Counted from the stretch's first letter, positions 18,050 to 27,267 are shown. The stretch: 64,000 bases of DNA from Miltoncostaeales bacterium (GCA_030833665.1 JAURGT010000003.1:6533-70532); one strand, 5' to 3'. Notes: generated by a model not told the origin, from the letters alone. Translations and numbers: made by a program.

Positions 18050-20011
18050 ATGACGGGCAATGGGCCGGCAATCGATGCGCTGCAGCACGAGGGCGTCACC
18101 TACCCCCCGCCACCCGGCATGTGCACCTACGCGGTGATCGGCAGCCCTGCCGTGTACGCACGGGCCGACGCCGACCCCATCGGATGGTGGGAGGAGCAGG
18201 CGCACCGGCTGCAGTGGGATTCGCCGTGGGATGTGGCGCTTGACGACTCCACCCCGCCCTTCTACCGATGGTTCACGGGCGGCACGCTGAACGCGTCGGC
18301 CAACTGCCTCGACCGGCACCTACATGAGCGCGGCGACCGCGTGGCCTTCCACTGGGAGGGCGAGCCCGGCGACCGCCTGAGCATCACCTACCGCGAGCTG
18401 CACGGGCGTGTGTGCCGGTTCGCCAACGCCCTCAAGGACCTCGGCGTCGAGCGCGGCGGCCGCGTGGCCATCTACATGGGGATGATCCTCGAGCTGCCCA
18501 TCGCGATGCTCGCGTGCGCACGCCTGGGCGCCGCGCACACCGTGGTGTTCGGCGGGTTCTCGTCCGAGGCCCTGCGCGACCGCATGGAGGACTTCGGTGC
18601 GACCGTGCTGGTCACCCAGGACCACTCGTTCCGCGCGGGCAAGAAGGTGCCGCTCAAGGCGAACTCCGACGCGGCGCTCGCGCAGGCGCCCGGCGTGCGC
18701 CACTGCGTCGTCGCGCGCCGCAGTGGCGATCCGGTGGATTGGACGGAGGACCGCGACCTGTGGTTCCAGGACATCGAGGACGCCGCCGATCCCGACTGCC
18801 CCGCCGAGCCCATGGACTCCGAGCAGATGCTCTATGCGCTCTACACCTCGGGAACCACCGGCAAGCCCAAGGGCATCGTGCACACGACCGGCGGCTACCT
18901 CACGGGCGCGGCGTCCACGCACCGCGCGGTGTTCGACCTGCGCGACGACGACATCTACTGGTGCGCCGCCGACATCGGGTGGGTCACGGGGCACTCGTAC
19001 ATCGTCTACGGGCCGCTGGCCAACGGCGCCACGAGCGTGATGTACGAGGGAGCGCCGGCCTTCCCCTCGCACAACCGCATCTGGGAGATCGCCGAGCGCT
19101 ACAAGGTGTCCATCCTCTACACGGCGCCCACGGCGATCCGCACCTACATGAAGTGGGGCGACACATTCCCGCAGGTGCATGACCTCAGCCGCATCCGGGT
19201 GCTCGGCAGCGTCGGCGAGCCCATCAACCCCGAGGCCTGGGAGTGGTACCGCGACCACATCGGCGGCGGTTCGGCGCCCGTGGTGGACACCTGGTGGCAG
19301 ACGGAGACCGGCAGCATCATGATCAGCCCGCTGCCCGCCGTGAGCACGCTCAAGCCCGGGTCGGCGTCGCGCCCCATGCCGGGAATCTCGGCCCGCGTGG
19401 TGGGCGAGGACGGCCAGGACGTCCCGCGCGGGCAGGGCGGATACCTGGTGATCGACCGGCCGTGGCCGTCGATGCTGAGGACGATCCTCGGGGACGACGA
19501 CCGCTACGTCGAGACCTACTGGAGCCGCTTCCCCGGGTTCTACCTCGCGGGTGACGGCTGCCGCATCGACGACGACGGGGACTTCTGGCTTCTCGGGCGC
19601 ATCGATGACGTGATGAACGTGTCGGGGCACCGCCTCTCGACCATCGAGGTGGAGAGCGCGCTCGTCGACCACCCCGCCGTGGCCGAGGCAGCCGTGGTGG
19701 GGCGTGCCGACGAGGTGACCGGCGAGGCCATCGCCGCGTTCGTGACGCTGCGCGACGGCGTGGCGGGCGACGACGCCCTCATCACCGAGCTGCGCAACCA
19801 CGTGGCCACGCAGATCGGACCCATTGCCAAGCCGGCATCCATCGTGCTCACGGCCGACCTGCCAAAGACGCGATCGGGGAAGATCATGCGTCGCCTGCTG
19901 CGCGACGTGTCGGAGCAGCGGAAGCTGGGCGATGTGACGACCCTCGCCAACGAGGAGATCGTCACCGAGATCGCCGCGCTCGCCGTGGCGAACCCGCACC
20001 AGGAGGACTAG
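18050..20011 (+). CDS. acs: acetyl-CoA synthetase (AMP-forming)
   Basis: Motifs: YTSGTTGKPKG, WWQTETG, GEPI, SGHR, and PKTRSGKIMRR at the C-terminus. ATG 18050 is preferred (GGAAGGAG 6 nt upstream). ATG 18032 is also in frame. Confidence 0.95.
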   Translation: MTGNGPAIDALQHEGVTYPPPPGMCTYAVIGSPAVYARADADPIGWWEEQAHRLQWDSPWDVALDDSTPPFYRWFTGGTLNASANCLDRHLHERGDRVAFHWEGEPGDRLSITYRELHGRVCRFANALKDLGVERGGRVAIYMGMILELPIAMLACARLGAAHTVVFGGFSSEALRDRMEDFGATVLVTQDHSFRAGKKVPLKANSDAALAQAPGVRHCVVARRSGDPVDWTEDRDLWFQDIEDAADPDCPAEPMDSEQMLYALYTSGTTGKPKGIVHTTGGYLTGAASTHRAVFDLRDDDIYWCAADIGWVTGHSYIVYGPLANGATSVMYEGAPAFPSHNRIWEIAERYKVSILYTAPTAIRTYMKWGDTFPQVHDLSRIRVLGSVGEPINPEAWEWYRDHIGGGSAPVVDTWWQTETGSIMISPLPAVSTLKPGSASRPMPGISARVVGEDGQDVPRGQGGYLVIDRPWPSMLRTILGDDDRYVETYWSRFPGFYLAGDGCRIDDDGDFWLLGRIDDVMNVSGHRLSTIEVESALVDHPAVAEAAVVGRADEVTGEAIAAFVTLRDGVAGDDALITELRNHVATQIGPIAKPASIVLTADLPKTRSGKIMRRLLRDVSEQRKLGDVTTLANEEIVTEIAALAVANPHQED

Positions 20012-20637
20012 GCCGGGGCATCCCAGAGGCAGGGGGGCAGGTCGTGCCCCGCCGATCGCAGCCGGTCGACCGCGTGCGCGCGCGCGGACTTCACGGCGTC
20101 GCGGGCGGGGGTCATGCGATGCGCCTCGCCGTACCAGGCGATGAGCCCCTCGAGGCCCAGGGCGAGTGCAAGGCGTCCCGCCGCGTCGGACCGCTCCGAC
20201 TGATCCATCACGGCGCAGAGCCCGGCCAGCACGAGCATGCCGGGCGACGGCGACCCCTTGATGAGCGGCACCGGCCCCACTGACGAGTGCGCGATCTCGG
20301 CCTTCACCCGGGTGAGCCCGCGATCACCCGACCACGTTCCGAGCTGCACCGGCACCACGCCCTGGGTGCGCGTGGTCACCCGCACAGTTCCCTCGGGCAC
20401 GCGGCCGTCCTCACTCGCGGCGACGGCCGAGGCAAGCTCGCGGATGCGATCGGCCACCGCGCGCACCTCGCCCTCGTTCGTGCGATGCACACCCCATGCC
20501 AGGAGCCCCAGCGACAGGTCGAGCCGATCGGCCTCGGGTGGCCTGCCCGTGCCGCGTCCGGGCGACTCCCTCACAGCGGCGAGCCCGGGGCCCACGATCT
20601 CGACCTCCATCGTGGGCTTCATGGAGCGTCGGATCAT
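20008..20637 (-). CDS. hypothetical protein (209 aa)
   Basis: C-terminal part of track ORF 20008..21105(-). The upstream part is antisense to hup and the tRNA. Amino-acid composition is protein-like, unlike the S/P/R/T-rich alternative frames. Starts are possible at 20637, 20622 or 20610. Confidence 0.5.
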   Translation of the reverse strand: MIRRSMKPTMEVEIVGPGLAAVRESPGRGTGRPPEADRLDLSLGLLAWGVHRTNEGEVRAVADRIRELASAVAASEDGRVPEGTVRVTTRTQGVVPVQLGTWSGDRGLTRVKAEIAHSSVGPVPLIKGSPSPGMLVLAGLCAVMDQSERSDAAGRLALALGLEGLIAWYGEAHRMTPARDAVKSARAHAVDRLRSAGHDLPPCLWDAPA

Positions 20638-20769
20638 GAAAAAACCCCTGCGCCAAGCCATTTGTCGCCGCCCACGAGGGGGATCCGTCCGGGCGCGTTG
20701 GTAGCGTTTCCGGCACTTCGCAGCGATCGCTGCAGCCTCCGTCCGGAGGTCACCGAAGCGAGGAGACCC

Positions 20770-21048
20770 ATGACCAAGGCCGACTTCGTCAAGCGCGTCG
20801 CGCGTGCAGCCGACCTCACCAACGACCAGGCGACCCGCGCAGTGCAGGCCGTCCTCGACGAGCTCGAGCTCGCCCTCAAGGCCGGAGACGAGGTGCAGTT
20901 CTCCGGCTTCGGCAAGTTCTCGGTGTCGCACCGCGCCGCACGCGAGGGCGTTGACCCCCGCAACCCCGGCAGGAAGATCCAGATCCCGGCGCGCACGGTG
21001 CCCCGCTTCCAGGCGGGCGCCCAGCTCAAGCGCTCGGTGGCCGGATAG
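20770..21048 (+). CDS. hup: HU/IHF-family nucleoid-associated DNA-binding protein
   Basis: ATG 20770 follows GAGGAG. MTKADFVKRVA...GFGKFSVSHRAAREGVDPRNPGRKIQIPARTVPRFQAG (HU beta-arm with RNP...P motif), 92 aa. Confidence 0.9.
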   Translation: MTKADFVKRVARAADLTNDQATRAVQAVLDELELALKAGDEVQFSGFGKFSVSHRAAREGVDPRNPGRKIQIPARTVPRFQAGAQLKRSVAG

Positions 21049-21061
21049 CCGATCGTCATCT

Positions 21062-21096
21062 CCACCAGGCGGGCCCCTCGCGGGTCCGCCTGGTGG
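21062..21096. terminator. GC-rich hairpin between convergent hup and tRNA-Leu
   Basis: CCACCAGGCGG (21062-21072) pairs with CCGCCTGGTGG (21086-21096). No U-tract. Confidence 0.5.
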
Positions 21097-21106
21097 GAGG
21101 TGCATG

Positions 21107-21190
21107 AGCCGGAGGCGGGATTCGAACCCGCACGCCCCGTGGGGCCGGGGATTTTAAGTCCCCCGCGTCTACCAGTTCCGCCACTCCGGC
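21107..21190 (-). tRNA. tRNA-Leu(UAA), long variable arm
   Basis: The reverse complement reads GCCGGAGTGGCGGAACTGGTAGACGCGGGGGACTTAAAATCCCCGGCCCCACGGGGCGTGCGGGTTCGAATCCCGCCTCCGGCT. Acceptor GCCGGAG/CTCCGGC, anticodon arm GGGGA-CTTAAAA-TCCCC (anticodon TAA), T-arm GCGGG-TTCGAAT-CCCGC. The discriminator reads U (A is usual for Leu). CCA is not encoded. Confidence 0.85.
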
Positions 21191-21210
21191 CAGCGGTCAC
21201 GAGCACGCGG

Positions 21211-21477
21211 TCAGCGCCCGAACGTCGCGGCGCCGGGGGTGCGGTCGACCGCGGCGATGCGCGCGTCCTCCACGCGGCGCGCCCAGTCCTCGGGTAACAC
21301 CGGCCAGCGATCGAGTACCTGCTCGAAGCGGATATGCCGGGTGTTCTCGCCCTTCGAGAAGATCATCCGCCGGTCGTCGGCAGGGTCCTCGGTTCGCGCG
21401 AGTGCAGCCGCGAGGCCATCCACCGCGTGCACGGCGTCCTCCTGGCCCCCGAGATCATCTCCTGGCTGCGTGCCCAT
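21211..21477 (-). CDS. hypothetical small protein (88 aa or shorter), paralog of 17653..17961; immediately downstream of ppx
   Basis: Track ORF. The core IRFEQVLDRWPVLPEDWARRVEDARIAAVDR aligns by hand at about 16/34 identities with SREARLSAVLARWPVLAEAWAQDLERRRVDAAKP. An internal Met (MIFSKGEN) is an alternative start. Confidence 0.45.
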   Translation of the reverse strand: MGTQPGDDLGGQEDAVHAVDGLAAALARTEDPADDRRMIFSKGENTRHIRFEQVLDRWPVLPEDWARRVEDARIAAVDRTPGAATFGR

Positions 21478-21487
21478 CGCGCGGAGT

Positions 21488-22408
21488 CTATTCGCCCGGC
21501 GCGCGGCCCGACGACGCCCACTCCAGCGCGATGCCGTCGAGGATGTCCCGCTCCGATACCACGAGGCGGTTGGCGCCGAGCGCCGCGAGCGCCCCCAGGA
21601 GGATCGCCAGGCCGGCGACGATCACGTTCGCCCGGTCCGGGTGCAGACCCGGCACGCGCCGACGCGCGGCATCGTCCATCGCGCACAGGCGGCCGACCAC
21701 GTCCTCTACCTGCCCGGCCGTCACCGTGGTGCCATGCACCTCGTCGGGGTCATAGCGCCCATTGAGGATCGCCGCGGCCGTGGTGACGGTCCCGGCGACT
21801 CCGATGAGCGGGCCGTCCACCGGGAAGGCAGCGGCCGCGCCCGCAACCAGCGTGCGCGCGGCCTCGCGCACGGCCGCGACATCCCCCGCGGGCGGCGGAT
21901 CAGCGGTGATGAGTTCCCCCTGGCGGTTCACGCCGAGCGCCAGGCTCACGGCGTGGCGCGGTCCGTCAGCCCCGCCCTGCACCACCTCCGTGCTGCCACC
22001 TCCGATGTCGAGCACCCGGCACGCGCCACCGGCATCCCCGAGCACGTGGCGTGCCCCCGCGAAGGCGAGGGCGGCCTCCTCCTCGCCGCCGACCACCCGG
22101 AGCTCGGCACCGAGGCGGTCCTGCACGAGCGCGGCAACGGCCCCCCGGTTCGGCGCATCGCGCACGGCGGACGTCCCGACCGCCACCACCGGCGGTGACC
22201 CTGCAGCCGCGACGCGCGACGCGTAGTCGTCGAGGCAGGCAGCAAGCCGCGCGAGGGCGTCAGTGGCCACGGTGCCGTCGGCGGATGCCCCCCGGCGCAG
22301 ACCGGTGACGGTGGTGACCCTCTCCCCCTCCGCGCCGTCCGGGCCGATTCCCTCCAGCAGCAGGAGGCGCGTGGAGTTGGAGCCGACGTCGACGACGGCC
22401 GCGCGCAC
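21488..22408 (-). CDS. ppx: Ppx/GppA-family exopolyphosphatase / guanosine pentaphosphate phosphatase
   Basis: GTG 22408. VRAAVVDVGSNSTRLLL (phosphate-1), DIGGGSTE (phosphate-2), GVAGTVTT. 306 aa. Confidence 0.85.
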   Translation of the reverse strand: MRAAVVDVGSNSTRLLLLEGIGPDGAEGERVTTVTGLRRGASADGTVATDALARLAACLDDYASRVAAAGSPPVVAVGTSAVRDAPNRGAVAALVQDRLGAELRVVGGEEEAALAFAGARHVLGDAGGACRVLDIGGGSTEVVQGGADGPRHAVSLALGVNRQGELITADPPPAGDVAAVREAARTLVAGAAAAFPVDGPLIGVAGTVTTAAAILNGRYDPDEVHGTTVTAGQVEDVVGRLCAMDDAARRRVPGLHPDRANVIVAGLAILLGALAALGANRLVVSERDILDGIALEWASSGRAPGE

Positions 22409-22410
22409 GC

Positions 22411-22791
22411 CTATCGGCCGCGGTACTTGATGAGCGCCCGGATGCCCGCCAGCCATCCGAGCGGCCCCCGGATCTCCTTGATGGCGATGAACGCGTGGCT
22501 GCTGATCACCTGGAGCTCGGCCACCGCCACCCGCAGCCGCTCCACCTCGATCGCCAGTTCCTGCGCGCCCTTCTCGGCGGTGGCCAGGCCGTCCTCGATT
22601 CGCGACGCGCTTGCGCTGATGCCGGCAAGGATCGGCGACATCAGCGCGGAGCTCGCGCCCACGCGTCGCTTGAGCCGCAGGGCGCGCACGATGGCGTACG
22701 CCAACCCGAGGGCGACCAGTGCGACCAGCGCGATCGCCGATCCGAGGATGGTCCAGCTGTCCCAGCCCATGGACTGGGACACTACCGCCAT
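22411..22791 (-). CDS. hypothetical membrane-anchored coiled-coil protein
   Basis: Single TM WTILGSAIALVALVALGLAYAIV followed by helical LATAEKGAQELAIEVERLRVAVAELQV. The stop lies 2 nt before the ppx start. Starts at ATG 22791 or 22770. Confidence 0.5.
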   Translation of the reverse strand: MAVVSQSMGWDSWTILGSAIALVALVALGLAYAIVRALRLKRRVGASSALMSPILAGISASASRIEDGLATAEKGAQELAIEVERLRVAVAELQVISSHAFIAIKEIRGPLGWLAGIRALIKYRGR

Positions 22792-23662
22792 GGAGTTCCA
22801 CTGGGTCGACGTCTTCGCCACCGGGCCACTGTCGGGCAACCCGCTCGTGGTCGCCACGGCGGATGCCCTGCCACCCGCTGAGCGCATGCAGGCGCTGGCC
22901 GCCGAGTTCGGCGTGTCCGAGACCGTCTTCGCCGAGCCCGGTGCCTCTCCGCGCCTGCGCATCTTCACGCCGACCGCCGAGATCCCCATGGCCGGTCACC
23001 CCCTGGTGGGCGCCGCCTGGGTGCTGCGCCGCATCGGCTGGATGGGAGATCAAGGCGTGCTGTCGGCGCCGGGCGGCCAGGTGGCGGTGACGGCCGATGA
23101 CCACGGCGCGCGCATGACCAGACCGCGCCCCGGACCGCATGGCCTGGCGGACGCAGACGCCCTCGCGCGCCTGCTGGGCGCGGATGCCCTCGGTGACGCG
23201 CCCGTCTGGCACGCCGGGCTGCCGCAGGCGATGCTCGAGGTGCGCGACCTCGACGCACTGGCCCCCGACCATGATGGGCTGTGTGCTCTCGGCACCGACG
23301 AGGGCTGGGCCGGCGTCAGCGCCTATGCGCTTCGTGCGGAGCGCGACGCGGACGGTGGCGGCGAGGGACGCGTGATGGCCGAGGTACGGCACTTCGCGGC
23401 GCCGATCGGGATCCCCGAGGATCCGGTCACCGGGAGCGCCGCCGCAGCCCTCGGGGCCTGCCTCGCCGCACGCGGCATGCTCGGGAAGGGTCCGCGGGGC
23501 AGCCTCACCGTGATGCAGGGCCACCGCCTCGGCCGACCGGGGCGCGTGGACGTGGTGGTCGACATCGGCGCGGACGGCCCCACGGCCGTCACGGTGGGCG
23601 GGGCGGTCCTGCCCGTCGCGACCGGCGCCATCGAACCCGGGGGCACGAGCGGGCTAGGGTGA
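22790..23662 (+). CDS. PhzF-family (phenazine biosynthesis-like) isomerase/epimerase-fold protein
   Basis: ATG 22790. MEFHWVDVFATGPLSGNPLVV, FGVSETVF, RIFTPTAEIPMAGHPLVGAAW, and a second half with EDPVTGSAAAALG. Confidence 0.8.
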   Translation: MEFHWVDVFATGPLSGNPLVVATADALPPAERMQALAAEFGVSETVFAEPGASPRLRIFTPTAEIPMAGHPLVGAAWVLRRIGWMGDQGVLSAPGGQVAVTADDHGARMTRPRPGPHGLADADALARLLGADALGDAPVWHAGLPQAMLEVRDLDALAPDHDGLCALGTDEGWAGVSAYALRAERDADGGGEGRVMAEVRHFAAPIGIPEDPVTGSAAAALGACLAARGMLGKGPRGSLTVMQGHRLGRPGRVDVVVDIGADGPTAVTVGGAVLPVATGAIEPGGTSGLG

Positions 23663-24618
23663 TGGCGATGGAGGGACCGCCGCTCATCGACCGCCGCATG
23701 GCCTTCGTGCTCGGCAAGGGGGGCGTCGGGAAGACCGCCGTGGCCGCCGCGCTCGCCCTCGGGCTGGCCGATGCCGGCCATCGCACGCTGCTCGTGGAGG
23801 TCGGGGCCGAGACGCGCACCGAGGCACTCTTCGGCACGGCGCCGGCCCTGGACGAGCCGGTGGAGGTGCGCCCGGGGCTCTTCGCGCTCACGGTGGATGC
23901 CGAGCTCGCCACCCAGGAGTACCTCAGCATCCAGCTGAGGGTGAAGCCCCTTGTCGAGATGATGGCCCGCAGCAGGGCCTTCCACCAGGTGACCCAGGCG
24001 GCACCGGGCCTCGCCGAGCTCGTGACGCTGGGGAAGATCTGGGACCTCGCCACGACGGTGCGCGACGGCGCCCCCGTGTGGGACCGCCTCGTGGTGGACT
24101 CCCCTGCCACGGGCCACGGGATCGCCCTTCTCGAGGCCGCCGGGAATGCCCGCGACCTCGCCGGATCGGGGCCCATCCGCGACCAGGCCGAGGCGATCGA
24201 GAAGGTGGTGCGCCACCCCTCAGCCACCGGCATCGCGGTGGTGGCCATGCCGGAGGACCTCGCGGTGACCGAGGCCATCGAGGCGGTGGAGCTCCTCCGC
24301 GCGCGCGACATGCCCGTGGCCTGCGCCATCGCCAACGCGGTGCGCCGCTCGGCCTTCAGCCCGGCGGACGCGCAGGCGCTGCGCGCGGTTCTGGCCCACT
24401 CCGCAGCCGGCGATGCCGAGCGCGCCGCCGCAGCGGCGGCGATCGCGGTGACCGACGGGGCCCACCACGACGAGCGGGAGGTCGAAGGGCTGGGGCGCGA
24501 ATCCGGGCTGCCCGTCGCCGTGCTTCCCCACGTGCCCGACCTCGCTCCGGGGTCCGGCGGGCTCGAGGCGCTCTCCGCCGCGCTCATGCGCGACCCGGCT
24601 GTTCGAGGCGCCGGATGA
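23662..24618 (+). CDS. ArsA/Get3-family ATPase, first of a pair
   Basis: P-loop LGKGGVGKTAVAAALA, VVDSPATGH. The start overlaps the PhzF stop (GTGATG; GTG 23659 is also possible). Confidence 0.8.
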   Translation: MAMEGPPLIDRRMAFVLGKGGVGKTAVAAALALGLADAGHRTLLVEVGAETRTEALFGTAPALDEPVEVRPGLFALTVDAELATQEYLSIQLRVKPLVEMMARSRAFHQVTQAAPGLAELVTLGKIWDLATTVRDGAPVWDRLVVDSPATGHGIALLEAAGNARDLAGSGPIRDQAEAIEKVVRHPSATGIAVVAMPEDLAVTEAIEAVELLRARDMPVACAIANAVRRSAFSPADAQALRAVLAHSAAGDAERAAAAAAIAVTDGAHHDEREVEGLGRESGLPVAVLPHVPDLAPGSGGLEALSAALMRDPAVRGAG

Positions 24619-25757
24619 ACAACGCATTCGACCTCGTGGAGATGCTCGAGGGACGCCGCGTTGTGGTGGTCGCAGGCGCCGGGGGCGTCGGCAAGACCAC
24701 CGTGTCGGCGGCGCTCGCACTCGGGCTCGCCGCGCGCGGCGCGCGCGTAGCCGTGGTGACCATCGATCCGGCACGCAGGCTCGCGAGTGCGCTCGGCATC
24801 GACGACCTCGGCGACACCCCGCACCGGGTGGACCCGGCGCGCGTGCAGGCCGCGGGGATGCGCATGGAGGGCACCCTCGACGCCCTGCAGCTGGACCCCC
24901 AGGCCACCTTCGATCGCCTCGTGGCGCGCGAGGCCCCCGACGAGGCCGCACGCGAGAAGATCCTGCGCAACCGGATCTACCGCCACCTCTCGACCGCCGT
25001 GGCCGGCGCGCAGGAGTTCATGGCCGTGGAGCGCCTGCACGAGCTGGTGGACTCAGGGCACTACGACGCCGTGGTGCTGGACACCCCGCCGGCCCGGAAC
25101 GCCCTCGACTTCCTCGATGCCCCGGAGCGCATGACGCGCTTCGTGGAGGGCCGTGGCCTGCGGCTGCTGCTCGGCCCCCGGGGCGGCGTGGGGCGCACCG
25201 GGTGGCGCGCCCTGCAGGCGGGCGGCCACATGGTGATGTCGGTGGTGGAGCGGCTCACGGGGGCCCAGCTGCTCACCGACATCTCGGAGTTCCTGCAGTC
25301 GTTCGACGGCATGTACGAGGGGTTCAGCGAGCGGGCGTCGGCCGTCAGGTTTCTCCTGGCATCCGACTCCTCGCGGTTCGTGGTGGTCACCGGACCGCGG
25401 CCGGAGCCTGCCGGCGAGGCCATCGCGCTCTGGCGTCGCCTGCGCGACGACCGCTACCCGCTGGGAGCTGTGGTGGTGAACCGCGTGCACCCCCAACCCG
25501 GTGGCGCGGACGCCCCGCCCGCCGCGCTCGCCGCGCTGCTGGCCGACGCCGGTGCACCCGACCCGGAGGGGCTCGCCGCGCGAGCGGCGGACGCACTGGC
25601 TGCGGCACGGGCGCGCTCGGCGGCCGACCGGCATGAGATCCGCGCCATCGCGGGCGCGCTCGACGCACCGCCCATCACCACGGTGCCCGCGCTCGATGAC
25701 GACCCCGTGGAGGTGGCAGGCCTCGCGCGGGTCACGCGCGAGCTCGAAGGGGGCTGA
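24615..25757 (+). CDS. ArsA/Get3-family ATPase, second of a pair
   Basis: ATG 24615 overlaps the preceding stop (ATGA). P-loop AGAGGVGKTTVSAALA, TIDPARRLA, VLDTPPARNALDFLDAPERM. Confidence 0.85.
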   Translation: MNNAFDLVEMLEGRRVVVVAGAGGVGKTTVSAALALGLAARGARVAVVTIDPARRLASALGIDDLGDTPHRVDPARVQAAGMRMEGTLDALQLDPQATFDRLVAREAPDEAAREKILRNRIYRHLSTAVAGAQEFMAVERLHELVDSGHYDAVVLDTPPARNALDFLDAPERMTRFVEGRGLRLLLGPRGGVGRTGWRALQAGGHMVMSVVERLTGAQLLTDISEFLQSFDGMYEGFSERASAVRFLLASDSSRFVVVTGPRPEPAGEAIALWRRLRDDRYPLGAVVVNRVHPQPGGADAPPAALAALLADAGAPDPEGLAARAADALAAARARSAADRHEIRAIAGALDAPPITTVPALDDDPVEVAGLARVTRELEGG

Positions 25758-25758
25758 C

Positions 25759-25787
25759 GGCCCCGCCCGCTCTCGCCGGGCGGGGCC
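25759..25787. terminator. GC hairpin between convergent genes
   Basis: GGCCCCGCCCG (25759-25769) pairs perfectly with CGGGCGGGGCC (25777-25787). Confidence 0.55.
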
Positions 25788-25805
25788 ACCTGCCGAAAGG
25801 CCGCC

Positions 25806-26330
25806 CTAGGCGCGCAGGCAGACCGCGTAGGCCGACGCGATCATGGCGGTGTTGCTCTCGTTCACCACGCTCACGGCCCAGCCGGTCGGTACCTGGCCGT
25901 TCACGGGCATCACGCCGTCGGGCATCGACGGGCGGCTGAACGCCACGTGCGCCTGCGGGTTGGCGTTCCCCACGGGGCTCGTCGGGTAGATGCCGCCGAA
26001 GCCGCCGCCCACGATGTCCTCGCTCGACTGGCAGGCGATGTAGATCGTTGTCGCCTGGCCCGCCGGGAGCGTTCCCGAATTCTGCTCGCGGAACCGGGTG
26101 GTGATGGCCCCCGGCGCCAGCGTGCTGGCGAGCACGCTGTTCGAGGCCAGCGTGCGGTTGTTGATCGCCCGGTCGGCGATCTTGGCGTTCTTCACCGACT
26201 TGTTGACCAGCTGGCTGCCGTTGATCTGGCTCTGCGCATAAGCGCCGGCTCCGCCAGCGGCGATGACGAGCGCGGCCGTGGCGACGACCATCGAGGCGCT
26301 TGGACGACGGAACCTGGTGTTCAGCTTCAT
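25806..26330 (-). CDS. hypothetical secreted protein
   Basis: Track ORF. Signal-peptide-like N-terminus MKLNTRFRRPSASMVVATAALVIAAGGAGAYA. No family recognised. Confidence 0.6.
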   Translation of the reverse strand: MKLNTRFRRPSASMVVATAALVIAAGGAGAYAQSQINGSQLVNKSVKNAKIADRAINNRTLASNSVLASTLAPGAITTRFREQNSGTLPAGQATTIYIACQSSEDIVGGGFGGIYPTSPVGNANPQAHVAFSRPSMPDGVMPVNGQVPTGWAVSVVNESNTAMIASAYAVCLRA

Positions 26331-26403
26331 GCTGCGATGACCTCCGGGTGGGACGAGCGGTGACTATTTCGAGCGTATTCCCCGCCCCGCTGCGAACTCC
26401 CCC

Positions 26404-27267
26404 TCAGGGCACGAGCACGACCGTCCCCTCGCGGCCCGTTGCCACCACGCACCCGGGCGCGGGCGCGCCCAGGGCCACTCCGCGCAGCGACGCCGTGCGC
26501 CCGCCCGTGGCGAGGTCGTGCACGGTGACCCGCTCCCCAAGTGATCGCGACGCCACGACCAGCATGCCGGAACCTGCCGCGAGAGCCCGGCCGGTTCCGG
26601 GGTGCACCTCGATCGCGGGGCGCGCGGCGCCGGGCAGCACGGCGTGCAGCACCACGCGTTCACCGTGCCCCGCGAGGGCGACCCCTCCGGGAATGGAGGC
26701 CACGGCGGTGATGGGCTCGCCCAGTGGCCGGGGGGCGCGAGCGTGCTCCTCGCCGCCGCGCACGAGCACGAGGTCGGCGCCGGTCGCCACGGCGAGGTCG
26801 CCATCGGCGAGCCACGCGGCGGCCATGGCGCCCTCGATGGTGGCGGTCCAGTCGCGGCGCCGCGCCAGGTCGGACCGCGCCACCACCGTGGCGCGAGGGA
26901 GCGCCGCGCGCTCGCCAACCGCCGCGAGTCGTCCGTCGGCCCCCGCCGACAGCATCAGCCGGCCGGGGGCGCGTGAGCGCAGGCCCACCCGGGCGGTGCC
27001 AAGGGGATCGTCGATCACGAGCAGCCCGCGCCGCGGGGCCAGCGCGAGCCGGTCGGGGCCCACGGCCGCCATCGAGCGCACGTCCGACACCGCGATCTCG
27101 CGAACGCCATCGAGATCGGGGAGCCGGGCCACGAGCACCCGGCCCGGCAGCGCCACCGCCGCCCAGGCGCCGTCCGGCGACACCGCGAGGGCAGATCCCG
27201 GCCAGCCCTGCACCGCGGCCACGCGCAGCGCGCCCTGCTCGACGAGGCCGGGCGTGGCCACGGTCAT
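26404..27267 (-). CDS. hypothetical repeat protein, probably a ~7-bladed beta-propeller
   Basis: ATG 27267 overlaps the GT4 stop (ATGA). About 40-aa repeats of the type AVSPDGAWAAVAL.GRVLV / ADGRLAAVGE / LADGDLAVATGADLVLV / GGVALAGHGERVVLH / GERVTVHDLATG / GCVVATGREGTVVLV. Confidence 0.5.
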   Translation of the reverse strand: MTVATPGLVEQGALRVAAVQGWPGSALAVSPDGAWAAVALPGRVLVARLPDLDGVREIAVSDVRSMAAVGPDRLALAPRRGLLVIDDPLGTARVGLRSRAPGRLMLSAGADGRLAAVGERAALPRATVVARSDLARRRDWTATIEGAMAAAWLADGDLAVATGADLVLVRGGEEHARAPRPLGEPITAVASIPGGVALAGHGERVVLHAVLPGAARPAIEVHPGTGRALAAGSGMLVVASRSLGERVTVHDLATGGRTASLRGVALGAPAPGCVVATGREGTVVLVP

